From Acidobacteriota bacterium (lineage in GTDB: Bacteria > Acidobacteriota > Vicinamibacteria > Fen-336), in the NCBI GenBank assembly GCA_011526565.1, contig WYBL01000116.1:3019-67018 (forward strand): DNA of 64,000 nucleotides, given 5' to 3'. Shown here piece after piece: positions 47,637-56,787 of the stretch (position 1 is the first letter of the stretch; each line of letters begins with the position of its first letter). Below the pieces are notes generated by a model. It was not told the DNA's origin and did no database searches. It was given only the letters and a program-made list of their open reading frames with translations. A program made the translations under genes and the position numbers.

Positions 47637-47689
47637 AGTGACTTCCCAGATTCTGACGACGGAGTGTACATGCACCCGGCGTGCTGTTC

Positions 47690-47726
47690 GGAACTCCGGT
47701 GAGGGACGTTGTTCCATTCAAGTTCC
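47690..47726. promoter_or_regulatory. GGAAC / GTTCC motif cluster in the divergent sigma-operon intergenic region (ECF-type -35 candidates)
   Basis: GGAAC at 47690-47694 (+). GTTCC at 47711-47715 and 47722-47726, which read GGAAC on the minus strand. A CGT element lies between them. The spacing to CGTC-like -10 elements is only 12-13 nt, shorter than the usual 16-17. Confidence 0.25.
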
Positions 47727-47756
47727 CCGTTCGCGCCGTGGACAAGGAGGCGTGCC

Positions 47757-48809
47757 ATGCCGACCGTCAGTTGGCTCACGAAGATCACGGACTTCGTCAA
47801 CCTCGGGAAGATCCTGGTCGACGCGGGTCCCGGCTTCATTCTGGCCCTGGCGCTCTACGTCGGCCTTGGGACGGCCCTCAACCTCCCCCTCATTCCTGTG
47901 CACGGCCATGACGCGGTCGAGAGCCGCCTTGCCGGCGAGCTCGAGAAGCGGAGGCAGGAGGAGGAGGGGCTCGAAGGCCAGGCCCTGCACGCCGAGCAGG
48001 GCCGGGAGGCCGCAGCCGCGGCGGTGAGCGGGGCCGAGGCAGCGCTGACTCGCGCGAAAGCGTCGCCCCTGGGGGGAAAGGCCGAGAGGCGGCTCGTGGT
48101 CGAGCTCCAACGGCTGCAGGGAGACCTGAGGGAGAAGCAACGTAGCGCGAAGGCCGCCGAGCGGAAGCTGCGACAGGGCAGCGAAGCCGTCGCTGAAGCC
48201 AAGGCGGCCCTCGCCGACGCGAAGAAGGCACAGGTGACGAGCGTCGCCGATCTGCTCTCGAGGGTGCTCGAGCACCTGGTCGCACTCGGCCTCGTGGGCT
48301 ACGTTCTCGGCACCCTGCTCAGCCCCGTCAATCGTTGGGTCTTTCTCGACACGATGGGGTCCGATCCCGCCAGCAACGGACTCGATGGCCGACCCTCTTC
48401 CTACTTCGTCGGAAAGGGGGTGGTGTCGCAGACCGAACTCGATGGCCTGGTGACTTCCTACTACCGGTTCGCCGAAGCGAGCGCCAACATGATCCTCCCG
48501 ATCCTGGCGCTTGCCCTCGCGGTCGGCATCGAACGCCGGAGTTCGGTGGCTTCGACTCCCTGGACCTCAGGCGCCGCGGCGCTGCTCGTCTTGGCGTTCG
48601 TTGTGTTCCTGGCCGTCACAGGCCGGCGCCGCTACCGCGACTACAAGACCCGCGTCCACTCGTTCATCACGGGGCGGCTCGAGAAGGTCCAGGCGGCGGA
48701 CGACGATCGCCGGCAGGGGCTGGAGAAGGCCAGGACGCTCGAACAGGTCGTCAAGCTCGCCGAGGAGCTGCTCAAGAAGACGGCCAAGCCCGGGAGCCCA
48801 ACCGCGTGA
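47757..48809 (+). CDS. membrane protein with central coiled coil, unknown function
   Basis: ATG 47757 with AAGGAGG (47744-47750) upstream. Four hydrophobic helices flank an Ala/Glu/Lys/Arg-rich coiled coil of about 100 aa (RLAGELEKRRQEEEGLEGQ..AEAKAALADAKKAQ). Confidence 0.7.
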   Translation: MPTVSWLTKITDFVNLGKILVDAGPGFILALALYVGLGTALNLPLIPVHGHDAVESRLAGELEKRRQEEEGLEGQALHAEQGREAAAAAVSGAEAALTRAKASPLGGKAERRLVVELQRLQGDLREKQRSAKAAERKLRQGSEAVAEAKAALADAKKAQVTSVADLLSRVLEHLVALGLVGYVLGTLLSPVNRWVFLDTMGSDPASNGLDGRPSSYFVGKGVVSQTELDGLVTSYYRFAEASANMILPILALALAVGIERRSSVASTPWTSGAAALLVLAFVVFLAVTGRRRYRDYKTRVHSFITGRLEKVQAADDDRRQGLEKARTLEQVVKLAEELLKKTAKPGSPTA

Positions 48810-49837
48810 TTCTCCTGTTCACCCTGGCGCAGCGCCTTCGACAGCGGTACGGCGAGGCCCACTGGGACCGCCTGCGGGCCTCGTTGGTCGACCTCGCCGA
48901 CGCCTACACCCTGACTCACGGGGCCGCAGCGCTGTGCCTGCCCGACGAGTTCTGGCCTCCAGGCTCGGACGCCAACGCCGTCGAGCTGATCCGTTCCGAG
49001 CTGGAGGCGCGGGCCCCGATCGAAGCGCTCGTGATCATCGGCGGCGACTCCGTAGTCCCGTTCGGGAGGGCGCCCAATCCCGTCGCCGATCGCGTCGCCG
49101 ATCCTGATTCCCTGGTCCTCAGCGACGCGGTCTACGGATCACCGTGGAGTCTTGCAGGAGCCCGCGTGCCCGTGGCGAGAATCCCCGACAGCGACCCGCC
49201 AGAACTGGGTGAACTGCTGTCGCTCCTCGAGGCGGCCCGGCCGGATTCCCGTGGCTCGTCTCGACGGGGCGCATTCGCGGTCGCGAATCCGGAGTGGGAA
49301 GCAGCGACCTGGAGGGCGCTCAAGGGTCACCGGCCGACCGTGCGAGTCGCTCCCCACTGGCACGGCGGTGATCCGGAGTGGCCATCCAACGACGCCGCCC
49401 TCCTCTACTTCAACCTCCACGGGTTCGCTCGACGACCCGAGTGGTTCGGATTCCACGACCGCAGCGGATGGACTCCCGTGCTGCGGCCCGGGAACATCCA
49501 ACGCGAGGCGGTCGCGGGCGCGATCGTCTTCGTGGAGAACTGCTACGGCGGCAACACCGTCGGCCGGTCACGACGCTCCAGCATCTCGCTGGCCCTGCTC
49601 GCCTGTGGCGCGCGGGCGATCATCGCCACCGCAGGCCTGGCGTTCGGAAGCCACCTGCCTTCCATGGAGCACAACGCCGACGCGCTGGCCAGCGCGACAC
49701 TCTCCGCCCTTTCCACTGGCGCCTCGGTTGGCGCAGCGCTGGACCGGGCGCGGCAAGCTCTGCCGGGCGACGACGCGTTCGCAGCCAAGACCCGATCCCA
49801 ATTCCTGATCTTCGGCGATCCCCTCGCCACCCTCTGA
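48806..49837 (+). CDS. clan CD cysteine-peptidase-like protein (gingipain C25 / caspase-like His-Cys dyad), no signal peptide
   Basis: GTG 48806 overlaps the upstream TGA (GTGA). Contains EALVIIGGDSVVPF, SDAVYG..VPVARIP, the His motif LLYFNLHGF, and the Cys motif AIVFVENCYGG after a hydrophobic strand. This order is typical of clan CD. The call is by eye only. Confidence 0.6.
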   Translation: MILLFTLAQRLRQRYGEAHWDRLRASLVDLADAYTLTHGAAALCLPDEFWPPGSDANAVELIRSELEARAPIEALVIIGGDSVVPFGRAPNPVADRVADPDSLVLSDAVYGSPWSLAGARVPVARIPDSDPPELGELLSLLEAARPDSRGSSRRGAFAVANPEWEAATWRALKGHRPTVRVAPHWHGGDPEWPSNDAALLYFNLHGFARRPEWFGFHDRSGWTPVLRPGNIQREAVAGAIVFVENCYGGNTVGRSRRSSISLALLACGARAIIATAGLAFGSHLPSMEHNADALASATLSALSTGASVGAALDRARQALPGDDAFAAKTRSQFLIFGDPLATL

Positions 49838-49850
49838 TCGGAGACTCGCG

Positions 49851-51707
49851 ATGAGACTGGAATACGTGCTCGCCCTGACCCTCGGAGTCGCTCCGGGCGC
49901 CGCAGCCGAGTCCAACGACCGAAAGGCAAGCCAGTACGTCGTCTTCGACGCTCGGTCCGGCGGCAAGGGGCTTCACCGGTGTGTCGGCAGCCCGGGTGCG
50001 GACTGCCGCGCGCCGAAGACCGACTTCTTCGACAGCCAGGACATCGTCCTGTTCCAGCTCGTCGGCGCTCCCTGCAACACCCGATGGACGTTTCAGCTCG
50101 GCGACGTGGCCGTCCCGGAACCCGAGCCGGGGATACGCGGCCTGGGCGACATGCCATCGCTGGCCAAGGCTCTTGCCGGACCGCCACCGGCGCACGGTTC
50201 TGATGCTCCAGCAGCGCAAGCGGCCGACTCGTGGTCCATCGAAGACATCCTCGGTCGGCTCGTCTCCCGGGAAGGGATCCAGGGCCTCCGGCTCGACATC
50301 GAGGGAGAGAAAGCCAGGCTCGAATCTGAGATCAGGAACCTGGCTGCCGCCGTCGCCGCGTACGAGTACGACGTCCGCATCTTCCTCGCCGACGCCGCGG
50401 TCGAGAACGCGGTTGCCGCGGTTCGCGCGGTCGAGGATGCGGCCGGCAAGCCTCCTGCGGCGGGATGCTCCGGCGCGTACCAGTTGCGCGAAGCTGCGGA
50501 GATGGCCGAGGCGGAACTCTCCCGTGTGGAGGCAAACATCACAACCTCAGGCTTGGGGAGCAAGGCCAGCACTCTGCGGGAGCGGCTGCGCGTGCTCGGA
50601 GCCGAGATTGGCCTTCACGCAGCCCGGGTGGACAGGGCACGCGCCGCGGTCGAGATCGCCCGCTCGGGCCTTGGCTGGGAATGCGAAGCCGCGCCGCAGA
50701 CCACGTCGGCCACCGAATGCGACGCTCCTGTCGAGGTGGGCCTGGAACGCTTGAAGCGAGCGGTGGCCGCCTACGGTGCGACCGCTACGGGCGAGGCTCT
50801 GCGCCGGATATACGACCACTACGAGACGGAGAGGCCTCGCGTCCGATACGCCCTTATGCAAGACCTCGCCGAGCTCGGGGTCGCGCTTTCGAGCACGGCC
50901 GTCGATGGCCAGTTGGGCGCGCAGCGGGATAGCGTTCGTCGCTCCTCGGCATCGCTCGAGACGTGGGGGGCTGGGGCCGACGACCGCCTCCGCGACATGC
51001 GGAAGGCGCTCCGACGCCACTTCGCCGATTCCACCTACGCCTCGACCGTCGACGTGCGCCCTCGATTCACGGGGAACACCGTCCTGAGTCTCAAGGTGCG
51101 GCGCCAGGTATTCGATCCGCTCGCGCCGCCGGCCACCGAGCCTCCCGCCGCCGTCGAAGTGGCGAGTGCATCCTACGAGGTGCACAAGCGGTACCTCTTC
51201 AACGTCGGCGGCGGATTCATGATCAGCGGCATCGGGAACAGGGAATACGCCGTCCGGCAGTATCGACGCCTGGATGCCGACGGGCAGCCCGTCTCCGACG
51301 ACGACGGACCAATCTTCGACAAGAAGCTCGTCGAGTCGGGCTCGGATGACCGGTCGCAGGATTTCGCCCTGACCTTCACCGCCTACCTTCCGCGCCGTCT
51401 CGACACTTTCCACGCGTCGGCGGCGCGCCGACCCACGACTGGGTTGATGGTGGGCTTCTCACTCGAGAAGCCCACGGACAACCTGTACGCGGGCCTCGTT
51501 CTTCAGCCGACCCTGGGCATCCAACTGACGGCCGGGGTTCACTTCGGAAAGCGCTCGGCCCCACAGGATGGCATCGTCCCCGAGGTCACCGTGCTCCCGG
51601 CCGACACGACAGCGCCGCCGATACGAGACGAGTGGGCGAGGGCGCTCTTCTTCAGTATCGGGTTCGACGCCAGCGTGTTCTCGCGGTTGTTCGGGTCGTC
51701 CGAGTAG
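49851..51707 (+). CDS. secreted protein of unknown function (618 aa)
   Basis: Signal-like MRLEYVLALTLGVAPGAAAE, a long helical middle, and a C-terminal third with alternating beta-like segments (GLMVGFSLEK, AGLVLQPTLGIQLTAGVHFG, ALFFSIGFDASVF). Confidence 0.65.
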   Translation: MRLEYVLALTLGVAPGAAAESNDRKASQYVVFDARSGGKGLHRCVGSPGADCRAPKTDFFDSQDIVLFQLVGAPCNTRWTFQLGDVAVPEPEPGIRGLGDMPSLAKALAGPPPAHGSDAPAAQAADSWSIEDILGRLVSREGIQGLRLDIEGEKARLESEIRNLAAAVAAYEYDVRIFLADAAVENAVAAVRAVEDAAGKPPAAGCSGAYQLREAAEMAEAELSRVEANITTSGLGSKASTLRERLRVLGAEIGLHAARVDRARAAVEIARSGLGWECEAAPQTTSATECDAPVEVGLERLKRAVAAYGATATGEALRRIYDHYETERPRVRYALMQDLAELGVALSSTAVDGQLGAQRDSVRRSSASLETWGAGADDRLRDMRKALRRHFADSTYASTVDVRPRFTGNTVLSLKVRRQVFDPLAPPATEPPAAVEVASASYEVHKRYLFNVGGGFMISGIGNREYAVRQYRRLDADGQPVSDDDGPIFDKKLVESGSDDRSQDFALTFTAYLPRRLDTFHASAARRPTTGLMVGFSLEKPTDNLYAGLVLQPTLGIQLTAGVHFGKRSAPQDGIVPEVTVLPADTTAPPIRDEWARALFFSIGFDASVFSRLFGSSE

Positions 51708-51808
51708 TCGGGGGGCGAGAATCACCTGGGGTGTCAACGTCGGGCGAGCGCGCACGAGACCTGGGCAAGGAGGGACAGGCGCGGGTTCGGGCTGGGAGCG
51801 GATCCTGG

Positions 51809-52585
51809 TCAGCGAGCGGGTGCGGGAGGCTCTGCGAAGATCGCGGCGACGAGGTCGAGGCGGCCCGCTTTCCACTTGGCAAAGAGCCAGTTGACCTCCG
51901 GGGCGAGGCTGGCCGCGGCGATGCGTTCCTGGAGGGGCCCCAGCGCTGCGCGAAGGCCGAGCGTGGCTTCGCCGGCCAGGATCTGGAGCTGGGGCCTTCC
52001 TCGCTCCTGCTTGACCGCGGCCACCAGGAAGCCGTCGCCGAGTTCTTTCGGGACTTGCACCTTGGCCGCGCGCAGCAAGGGACCCTGCGGTGGTGCGCCT
52101 GGGTCGCCCGGGCACAGGGTCAGCTTCAGGTCGTGGTCGGCGGGGAGTTCGAGTTCCTTGGGGCTGAGGCCGCGCAGGCTCGACTCGGCGCTTGCGACCA
52201 CCGCCACCGCGCCGCTGCCGCTCGGCCGGTACACCACCCGCCAGTGCGGTGCTGTCCCGCTCCCGTCCTCGTGGGTGGAGACCGCGGTGGAGGCTGACTG
52301 ACCCGCGATCCAACCCGGGTTGTATCCGCAGTCGAGCGAGCCCGACCAGGTGCCGACGCCCGGCTCGCGCCAGCAGACGAAGTGGCCCTGGAACTCGCCG
52401 CACGAGCCACTCGTGCACCACAGGTTCCCGTCGCACCAGGCCTCGACCTGGGCGCAGGGCCACGGCGGCAACCAGCGCTGGCACTCGACCACGCAGTGAT
52501 CGGCGGCCGCGGGCGCGGTCGCCGAGACCAACGTCAGCGTGAGGAAGAGGTCCGTGATTCGAAGCCTTCTTCTCATGCTTCTCAT
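51809..52585 (-). CDS. secreted Cys-rich protein of unknown function
   Basis: ATG 52585 overlaps the upstream stop (ATGA). Signal peptide MRSMRRRLRITDLFLTLTLVSATAPAAA. The N-terminal domain has 10 Cys (DHCVVECQRWLPPWPCAQVEAWCDGNLWCTSGSCGEFQGHFVCW..LDCG). Confidence 0.65.
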   Translation of the reverse strand: MRSMRRRLRITDLFLTLTLVSATAPAAADHCVVECQRWLPPWPCAQVEAWCDGNLWCTSGSCGEFQGHFVCWREPGVGTWSGSLDCGYNPGWIAGQSASTAVSTHEDGSGTAPHWRVVYRPSGSGAVAVVASAESSLRGLSPKELELPADHDLKLTLCPGDPGAPPQGPLLRAAKVQVPKELGDGFLVAAVKQERGRPQLQILAGEATLGLRAALGPLQERIAAASLAPEVNWLFAKWKAGRLDLVAAIFAEPPAPAR

Positions 52586-52977
52586 CCCTGCCGCCCGCGC
52601 GTGACCACCTCGACCGTGCCGCCGGGCCGCAGGATCAGCTCGATCCGCGCCGCATCCGAGACTTGAAGCACCTGAGTCCACCGCTCCGCCCTCCCGTCGT
52701 TCGACCAACTCACCGTCGCCTGCACGACGCCGGCGTGCGCCCGCACCCGGAGCCTCGGCCCCGTGCCCGTCTCGTGCCCGAGCAACTCGGCCCGCACGCA
52801 CGCCGCATCCACCCTCAGCGTGACGCCAGACGCAGCCCCCGGCCCGCCATTCACGACCTCGACGAGCACTCTGTCGCCGAGGAGGCGGGCGCCGAGCCGC
52901 GGCGCGGCGGCGAGCCCCGCCCCGACCACTGCGAGCGAAGCGACGGCCGCCCAGCGCAACGCCAGGTGGCCACTCAT
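52582..52977 (-). CDS. small signal-anchored protein of unknown function
   Basis: ATG 52977 overlaps the upstream TGA (ATGA). Sequence MSGHLALRWAAVASLAVVGAGLAAAP, then a beta-rich region of about 100 aa. The 89 upstream codons of the track ORF are Arg/Pro junk. Confidence 0.6.
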   Translation of the reverse strand: MSGHLALRWAAVASLAVVGAGLAAAPRLGARLLGDRVLVEVVNGGPGAASGVTLRVDAACVRAELLGHETGTGPRLRVRAHAGVVQATVSWSNDGRAERWTQVLQVSDAARIELILRPGGTVEVVTRGRQG

Positions 52978-54338
52978 GGCTTCTGGTAGCCGTAGAGCTC
53001 GCGTCGAGCGCCGGCAACCGGGGACATCCAGTCGTCGATCGGGAGACCGGGGAGCGGGCGGCCCCAGAGGTCGCCCCACCTCGCGCCTCGGAGGAAGCTG
53101 ATCGTCCAGCGCTGGACGAGATTCATCAGCGGGAGCGCGGCGTGCAGGGTCATGCCCTTGCGGAACGGGAGGTTCTCGCCGACTCCGAGGAACCCGCCGA
53201 AGTCGCGCTCCGCGACGCCGACCACGGAATCCCGGTCCGCCCACTCAGGAACCGCCCCGTGCAACGGCACGGTACCGTCGCCGAGGTTGTCGCGCCAGGC
53301 GTCGACGTCGGCCGGGGCCCCGTCTTCGCCGCGGTACTCCTGCGACTCCACGTCGAACGCGAAGCGGCCGTCGGCCGCCAGCTTCACACGATGCGCCGTG
53401 CGCTCGTCCAGGCCCACGATCAGCAGCCACTGGCCCGGCTCGGCGAGGGCCGCGCTCGGGTCCTCCTCGTTGACGCTCGCGAGGAAGCTGCGCCCGTCTT
53501 CGAGGCGCTCGCGGAGGTACTTCCACGCGGACTTCATGCGCTGCTCGGCGTTGGAGTTCCTGGGGTCGGTGCTGTGCGTCCGGATGAAGTCGGCGACCGA
53601 CTCGACGATGCTCTCCTGCCAGTTCTTCGCGTTGAAGATCGCCTTCCCCGAGTGCCCCGCCAGCGCTCCTTCGAAGTACGGCAACAGGTGGTAGATCGCG
53701 GGCGTCATGCGGGCCGCCAGGCGCTCGCTGTGCTGCGGCGAGCCGACCATCGAGCCTTCGCCCGTGGCCAGCTTGATCACCGCGTCGACCGCTCCCTGGA
53801 AGGGCGTTCCGATCGTCACCACGCGTCGAACCAGCGGCTTGCCGTTCGGGCCCTTGCAACCCTTGGCGAGAGCCGATGCGATCACCAGACCGCCCATCGA
53901 GTGGCCCACGAGGTCGACCGTCGTCGCCTTCTCTTTCGCGTAGCTCTTCAGGAGGTTGGTGCGGTCGATCACCTCGCGCACGAACTCGCAGAGCTGGTCC
54001 GCCACGACGCGGTTGTCGGCGCGCCAGTCGTAGGCGAACGGGAAGACGGGCACGACTGCCGTCGGCCCGCGATCTTCGCGCAGCGCCGATCGCAGCTCGC
54101 GGATGAACTCCGCGTAGCCCATCTCCGCCGCGTGCGAGGGGACGATCTTCGCCGGCTCCACCGCCTCGAAGCGCAGGTCGTCCGGGTGCATCGCGATGCG
54201 GTGGAACTCCTTGATCGGCCGCCAGCGCAGCGCCTCGATCCCGGGGTCCCAGACGACCTCGGGCGTGGTGGGATAGACGTCGCGGAGCACGGACCCCGTG
54301 ATCCCGTGGACGACGATCACCGGTGGCTGCACCTTCAT
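52974..54338 (-). CDS. alpha/beta hydrolase, LCAT/PGAP1-like lipase/esterase, no signal peptide
   Basis: ATG 54338 with GGAGGG 8 nt upstream. Oxyanion-loop start VIVVHGITGS, nucleophile elbow LVGHSMGG, and Asp region LGDGTVPLHG. Confidence 0.75.
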   Translation of the reverse strand: MKVQPPVIVVHGITGSVLRDVYPTTPEVVWDPGIEALRWRPIKEFHRIAMHPDDLRFEAVEPAKIVPSHAAEMGYAEFIRELRSALREDRGPTAVVPVFPFAYDWRADNRVVADQLCEFVREVIDRTNLLKSYAKEKATTVDLVGHSMGGLVIASALAKGCKGPNGKPLVRRVVTIGTPFQGAVDAVIKLATGEGSMVGSPQHSERLAARMTPAIYHLLPYFEGALAGHSGKAIFNAKNWQESIVESVADFIRTHSTDPRNSNAEQRMKSAWKYLRERLEDGRSFLASVNEEDPSAALAEPGQWLLIVGLDERTAHRVKLAADGRFAFDVESQEYRGEDGAPADVDAWRDNLGDGTVPLHGAVPEWADRDSVVGVAERDFGGFLGVGENLPFRKGMTLHAALPLMNLVQRWTISFLRGARWGDLWGRPLPGLPIDDWMSPVAGARRELYGYQKP

Positions 54339-54444
54339 TGCCAGGCCCTCCAGACTCGCTCGTTCATAAAGTATACATAAAGCACACACGGAACGCTCGA
54401 TGGATCGGCTTTGAGCCCCGCGCGAAGGCTCGAGCCTCGGCCCT

Positions 54445-56760
54445 TCAGGGGCGGCGCAGGGTCTCCAACGGGGCTTGCCGTGACGCGGCGACTGCCGGTG
54501 CCAGCGAGGCGGCGGCGGCGCACAGAAGGGTGAACGCCGCCGATGCGGTCAGCGTCGTGAGTTCGAACGACGCCCACTGGAAATGAGCCGACTCGGCCCA
54601 CTGGCCCAGCCACACCGAGACGAGGGTTCCGATCCCGATGCCTGCCATGGCCAGCGTCGCCCCCTCGGCCGCCATCAGGATCGTCAACTCGCGGGGCCCT
54701 GCTCCGACGACGGCCCGGACCGCCATCTCGAAGCGGCGCATCGCGGCGAGGGAGTACACGACGGCAGAGACGCCGACGAGCGCCGCCCCAAGGCCGACGA
54801 GGGCGTACGTGCCGAGCAGTCGCACCTGCGCCAGGAGCGGCGCCTGTGCTCGGGCGACGAGATCCCCGGCGAACACCAGGCCATGGACCGAGGGGCTCTT
54901 CGCCGTCCCGCTGACGGCGTGGATCTGCCGAGCGGCCTCGCCGCAATCGTGGCAGCGCACCAGCAACCACTCCTCGTCGGGGTGGCGACCGCGGGCCGGC
55001 CGACTGCGCGGCAGGTAGCACTGGGGCAGGGGTTCCTGGGCAGCATCGATGCCTCGTACCGGTGCGACGACGCCGATGACCTCGCGCAGGGCCAGTTCGC
55101 CCTCGATGCGGATCTGACGACCCACGGCCGCGACAGCCTGCCCTGGCCGCCGCCCCTCGTCGGCGAACGCCAGGATCAGTACGTCCGCGTCTCCCGGCGC
55201 GAAAGCCCGCCCGGCGAGCAGCCGGATCCCGGTCGCGGCCAGGAAGTCGCCCTCCACGTGCCAGACCTGACAGAGGACCCTCCCGGCCTCCCCGTCGATC
55301 CACACGCCCCCTGCTGACGCGACACCTGGAGGCGCAGACGCGGTCGCCGCGGCCGACACTCCGGGAAGTTGCGCGACCTCGGCCATCAGGGCCTGAGGCG
55401 AGGCGCCCAGGCGCCCGAGCAGCAGGTTCTTCGATTCGTAGCCCAGAGGAATCTCGAGTGCTGCTCTCAGGGTCCATGCGGAGACCAGCGCGCCGTTGAG
55501 CAAGACGACCGCGATGACCGTCTGACTGATCACCAGGAGGCGGCGCGTCCACCGCACCTGCCCTGTGGACGCTCCCCCGCCGTCCCGCAGGCCTTCCGAC
55601 GGAGCCGCGCGCAATGCAACGGCCATCGCGCCGGCGGATGCGAGGAGGACGCTCGGGAACGCCAGACCGAGAGCCGCCCCGCTCGCGACGGCGACGAGAC
55701 GCTCGAGCGGCGGCTGGTGGACCCACCAGGCCGCGAATATCTCGCGTCCGCCGACGATCGAGAGGGAGGCGACCAGCGCCCCCACGACGCCCACTCCGAG
55801 GGCGAGGGAGAACGTCTCGCTGCCGAGCTGCAGCAGGAGGTTTCGCCGCGTCGCGCCGAGAGCCTGCCGCACGGCGAACTCGACGCGGCGCACCGACATC
55901 CGACCCAGCAAGAGAGTGCCCAGGCTCGCGACGGCGGTACCCAGGAGCAAGCCCGAGAGCGCCAGGAGCAGCAGCGCGGGCGCTATCACTCTCTCGCGCG
56001 CCACGTCCACCATCGGCCGGACGAACACGCGCTCGCCGAAGCGCACCCCGGTGCTGCGCGTGTAGAGGGCGTGCAGGCCGTGCAGCAAGCCCCCCAGTTG
56101 CGAACGCGCCGACTCGATGCTGGTCTCGGGCCGCAGGCGCCCGACCCAGCCGTCGCGTCGCACCAGGCCGAACGGATCGTCGTTGCCTCGGGCCCGCCCT
56201 CCTGCACGCGTGCGTGGCGTCCAGATCTCGGTGCCTCCCGGGAAGTCGAAGCCCGCCGGGGCGACACCGACGACGCGGTGAAGGGTGCCTTCCAGCAGGA
56301 TCTGCGCCCCGAGCACGGCCGCCCCGGGACCGAAGTGCCGGTCGCGGAAGGCGGCGCCCACAACGGCCACAGGTTCGTTCGATCGATCCTCCTCGACGCT
56401 GAATGCGCGCCCCGGCAAAGGAACGACCCCGAACACGCTGAAGAAGGCGGCGGAGACAGCGGTGGTCCTGACCTCTCTACGGTGGCCGTCCAGTCGGACC
56501 TCGACGAGTCCGGTCTCGTAGGTCGCCAACGCCGCGAGGCTTCGCGCCTGCCCCCAGTACTCGACGGGGTCCCCGACGAGAGGGTGCGCCATGTTCCCGA
56601 GATGCACGATGCGGTCCGCCGCGGGCACCCCGAGCGGGCGCAGGACCAAGGCATCGACGGCGGCCACCATCGCGCTCGCCACGCCGAGGACGACCCCGAG
56701 GGCGATGGCGACGACGGCCGTACCGCGATGGCGAAGGGCGAGCCGGGCATCGAGGCGCAC
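54445..56760 (-). CDS. duplicated FtsX/MacB-type ABC permease (ADOP family-like), no cognate ATPase nearby
   Basis: GTG start. It has two FtsX 4-TM modules, each preceded by a large periplasmic MacB_PCD-like domain. The N-terminus RLALRHRGTAVVAIALGVVLGVASAMVAAVDALVLRPLG fits the acidobacterial duplicated orphan permease pattern. Confidence 0.8.
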   Translation of the reverse strand: MRLDARLALRHRGTAVVAIALGVVLGVASAMVAAVDALVLRPLGVPAADRIVHLGNMAHPLVGDPVEYWGQARSLAALATYETGLVEVRLDGHRREVRTTAVSAAFFSVFGVVPLPGRAFSVEEDRSNEPVAVVGAAFRDRHFGPGAAVLGAQILLEGTLHRVVGVAPAGFDFPGGTEIWTPRTRAGGRARGNDDPFGLVRRDGWVGRLRPETSIESARSQLGGLLHGLHALYTRSTGVRFGERVFVRPMVDVARERVIAPALLLLALSGLLLGTAVASLGTLLLGRMSVRRVEFAVRQALGATRRNLLLQLGSETFSLALGVGVVGALVASLSIVGGREIFAAWWVHQPPLERLVAVASGAALGLAFPSVLLASAGAMAVALRAAPSEGLRDGGGASTGQVRWTRRLLVISQTVIAVVLLNGALVSAWTLRAALEIPLGYESKNLLLGRLGASPQALMAEVAQLPGVSAAATASAPPGVASAGGVWIDGEAGRVLCQVWHVEGDFLAATGIRLLAGRAFAPGDADVLILAFADEGRRPGQAVAAVGRQIRIEGELALREVIGVVAPVRGIDAAQEPLPQCYLPRSRPARGRHPDEEWLLVRCHDCGEAARQIHAVSGTAKSPSVHGLVFAGDLVARAQAPLLAQVRLLGTYALVGLGAALVGVSAVVYSLAAMRRFEMAVRAVVGAGPRELTILMAAEGATLAMAGIGIGTLVSVWLGQWAESAHFQWASFELTTLTASAAFTLLCAAAASLAPAVAASRQAPLETLRRP

Positions 56761-56787
56761 GGGAGATGGTAGCGGCCCAGTGCGGCC

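Noticed and set aside
54339-54444. Calling a confident sigma70 promoter upstream of the lipase operon
   Set aside because: A TATACT -10-like hexamer and the CTTTATG-TATA-CTTTATG repeat are visible on the minus strand. The sequence 17 nt upstream (GAGCGT) is a poor -35. It is noted inside the lipase-operon finding rather than listed as a feature.
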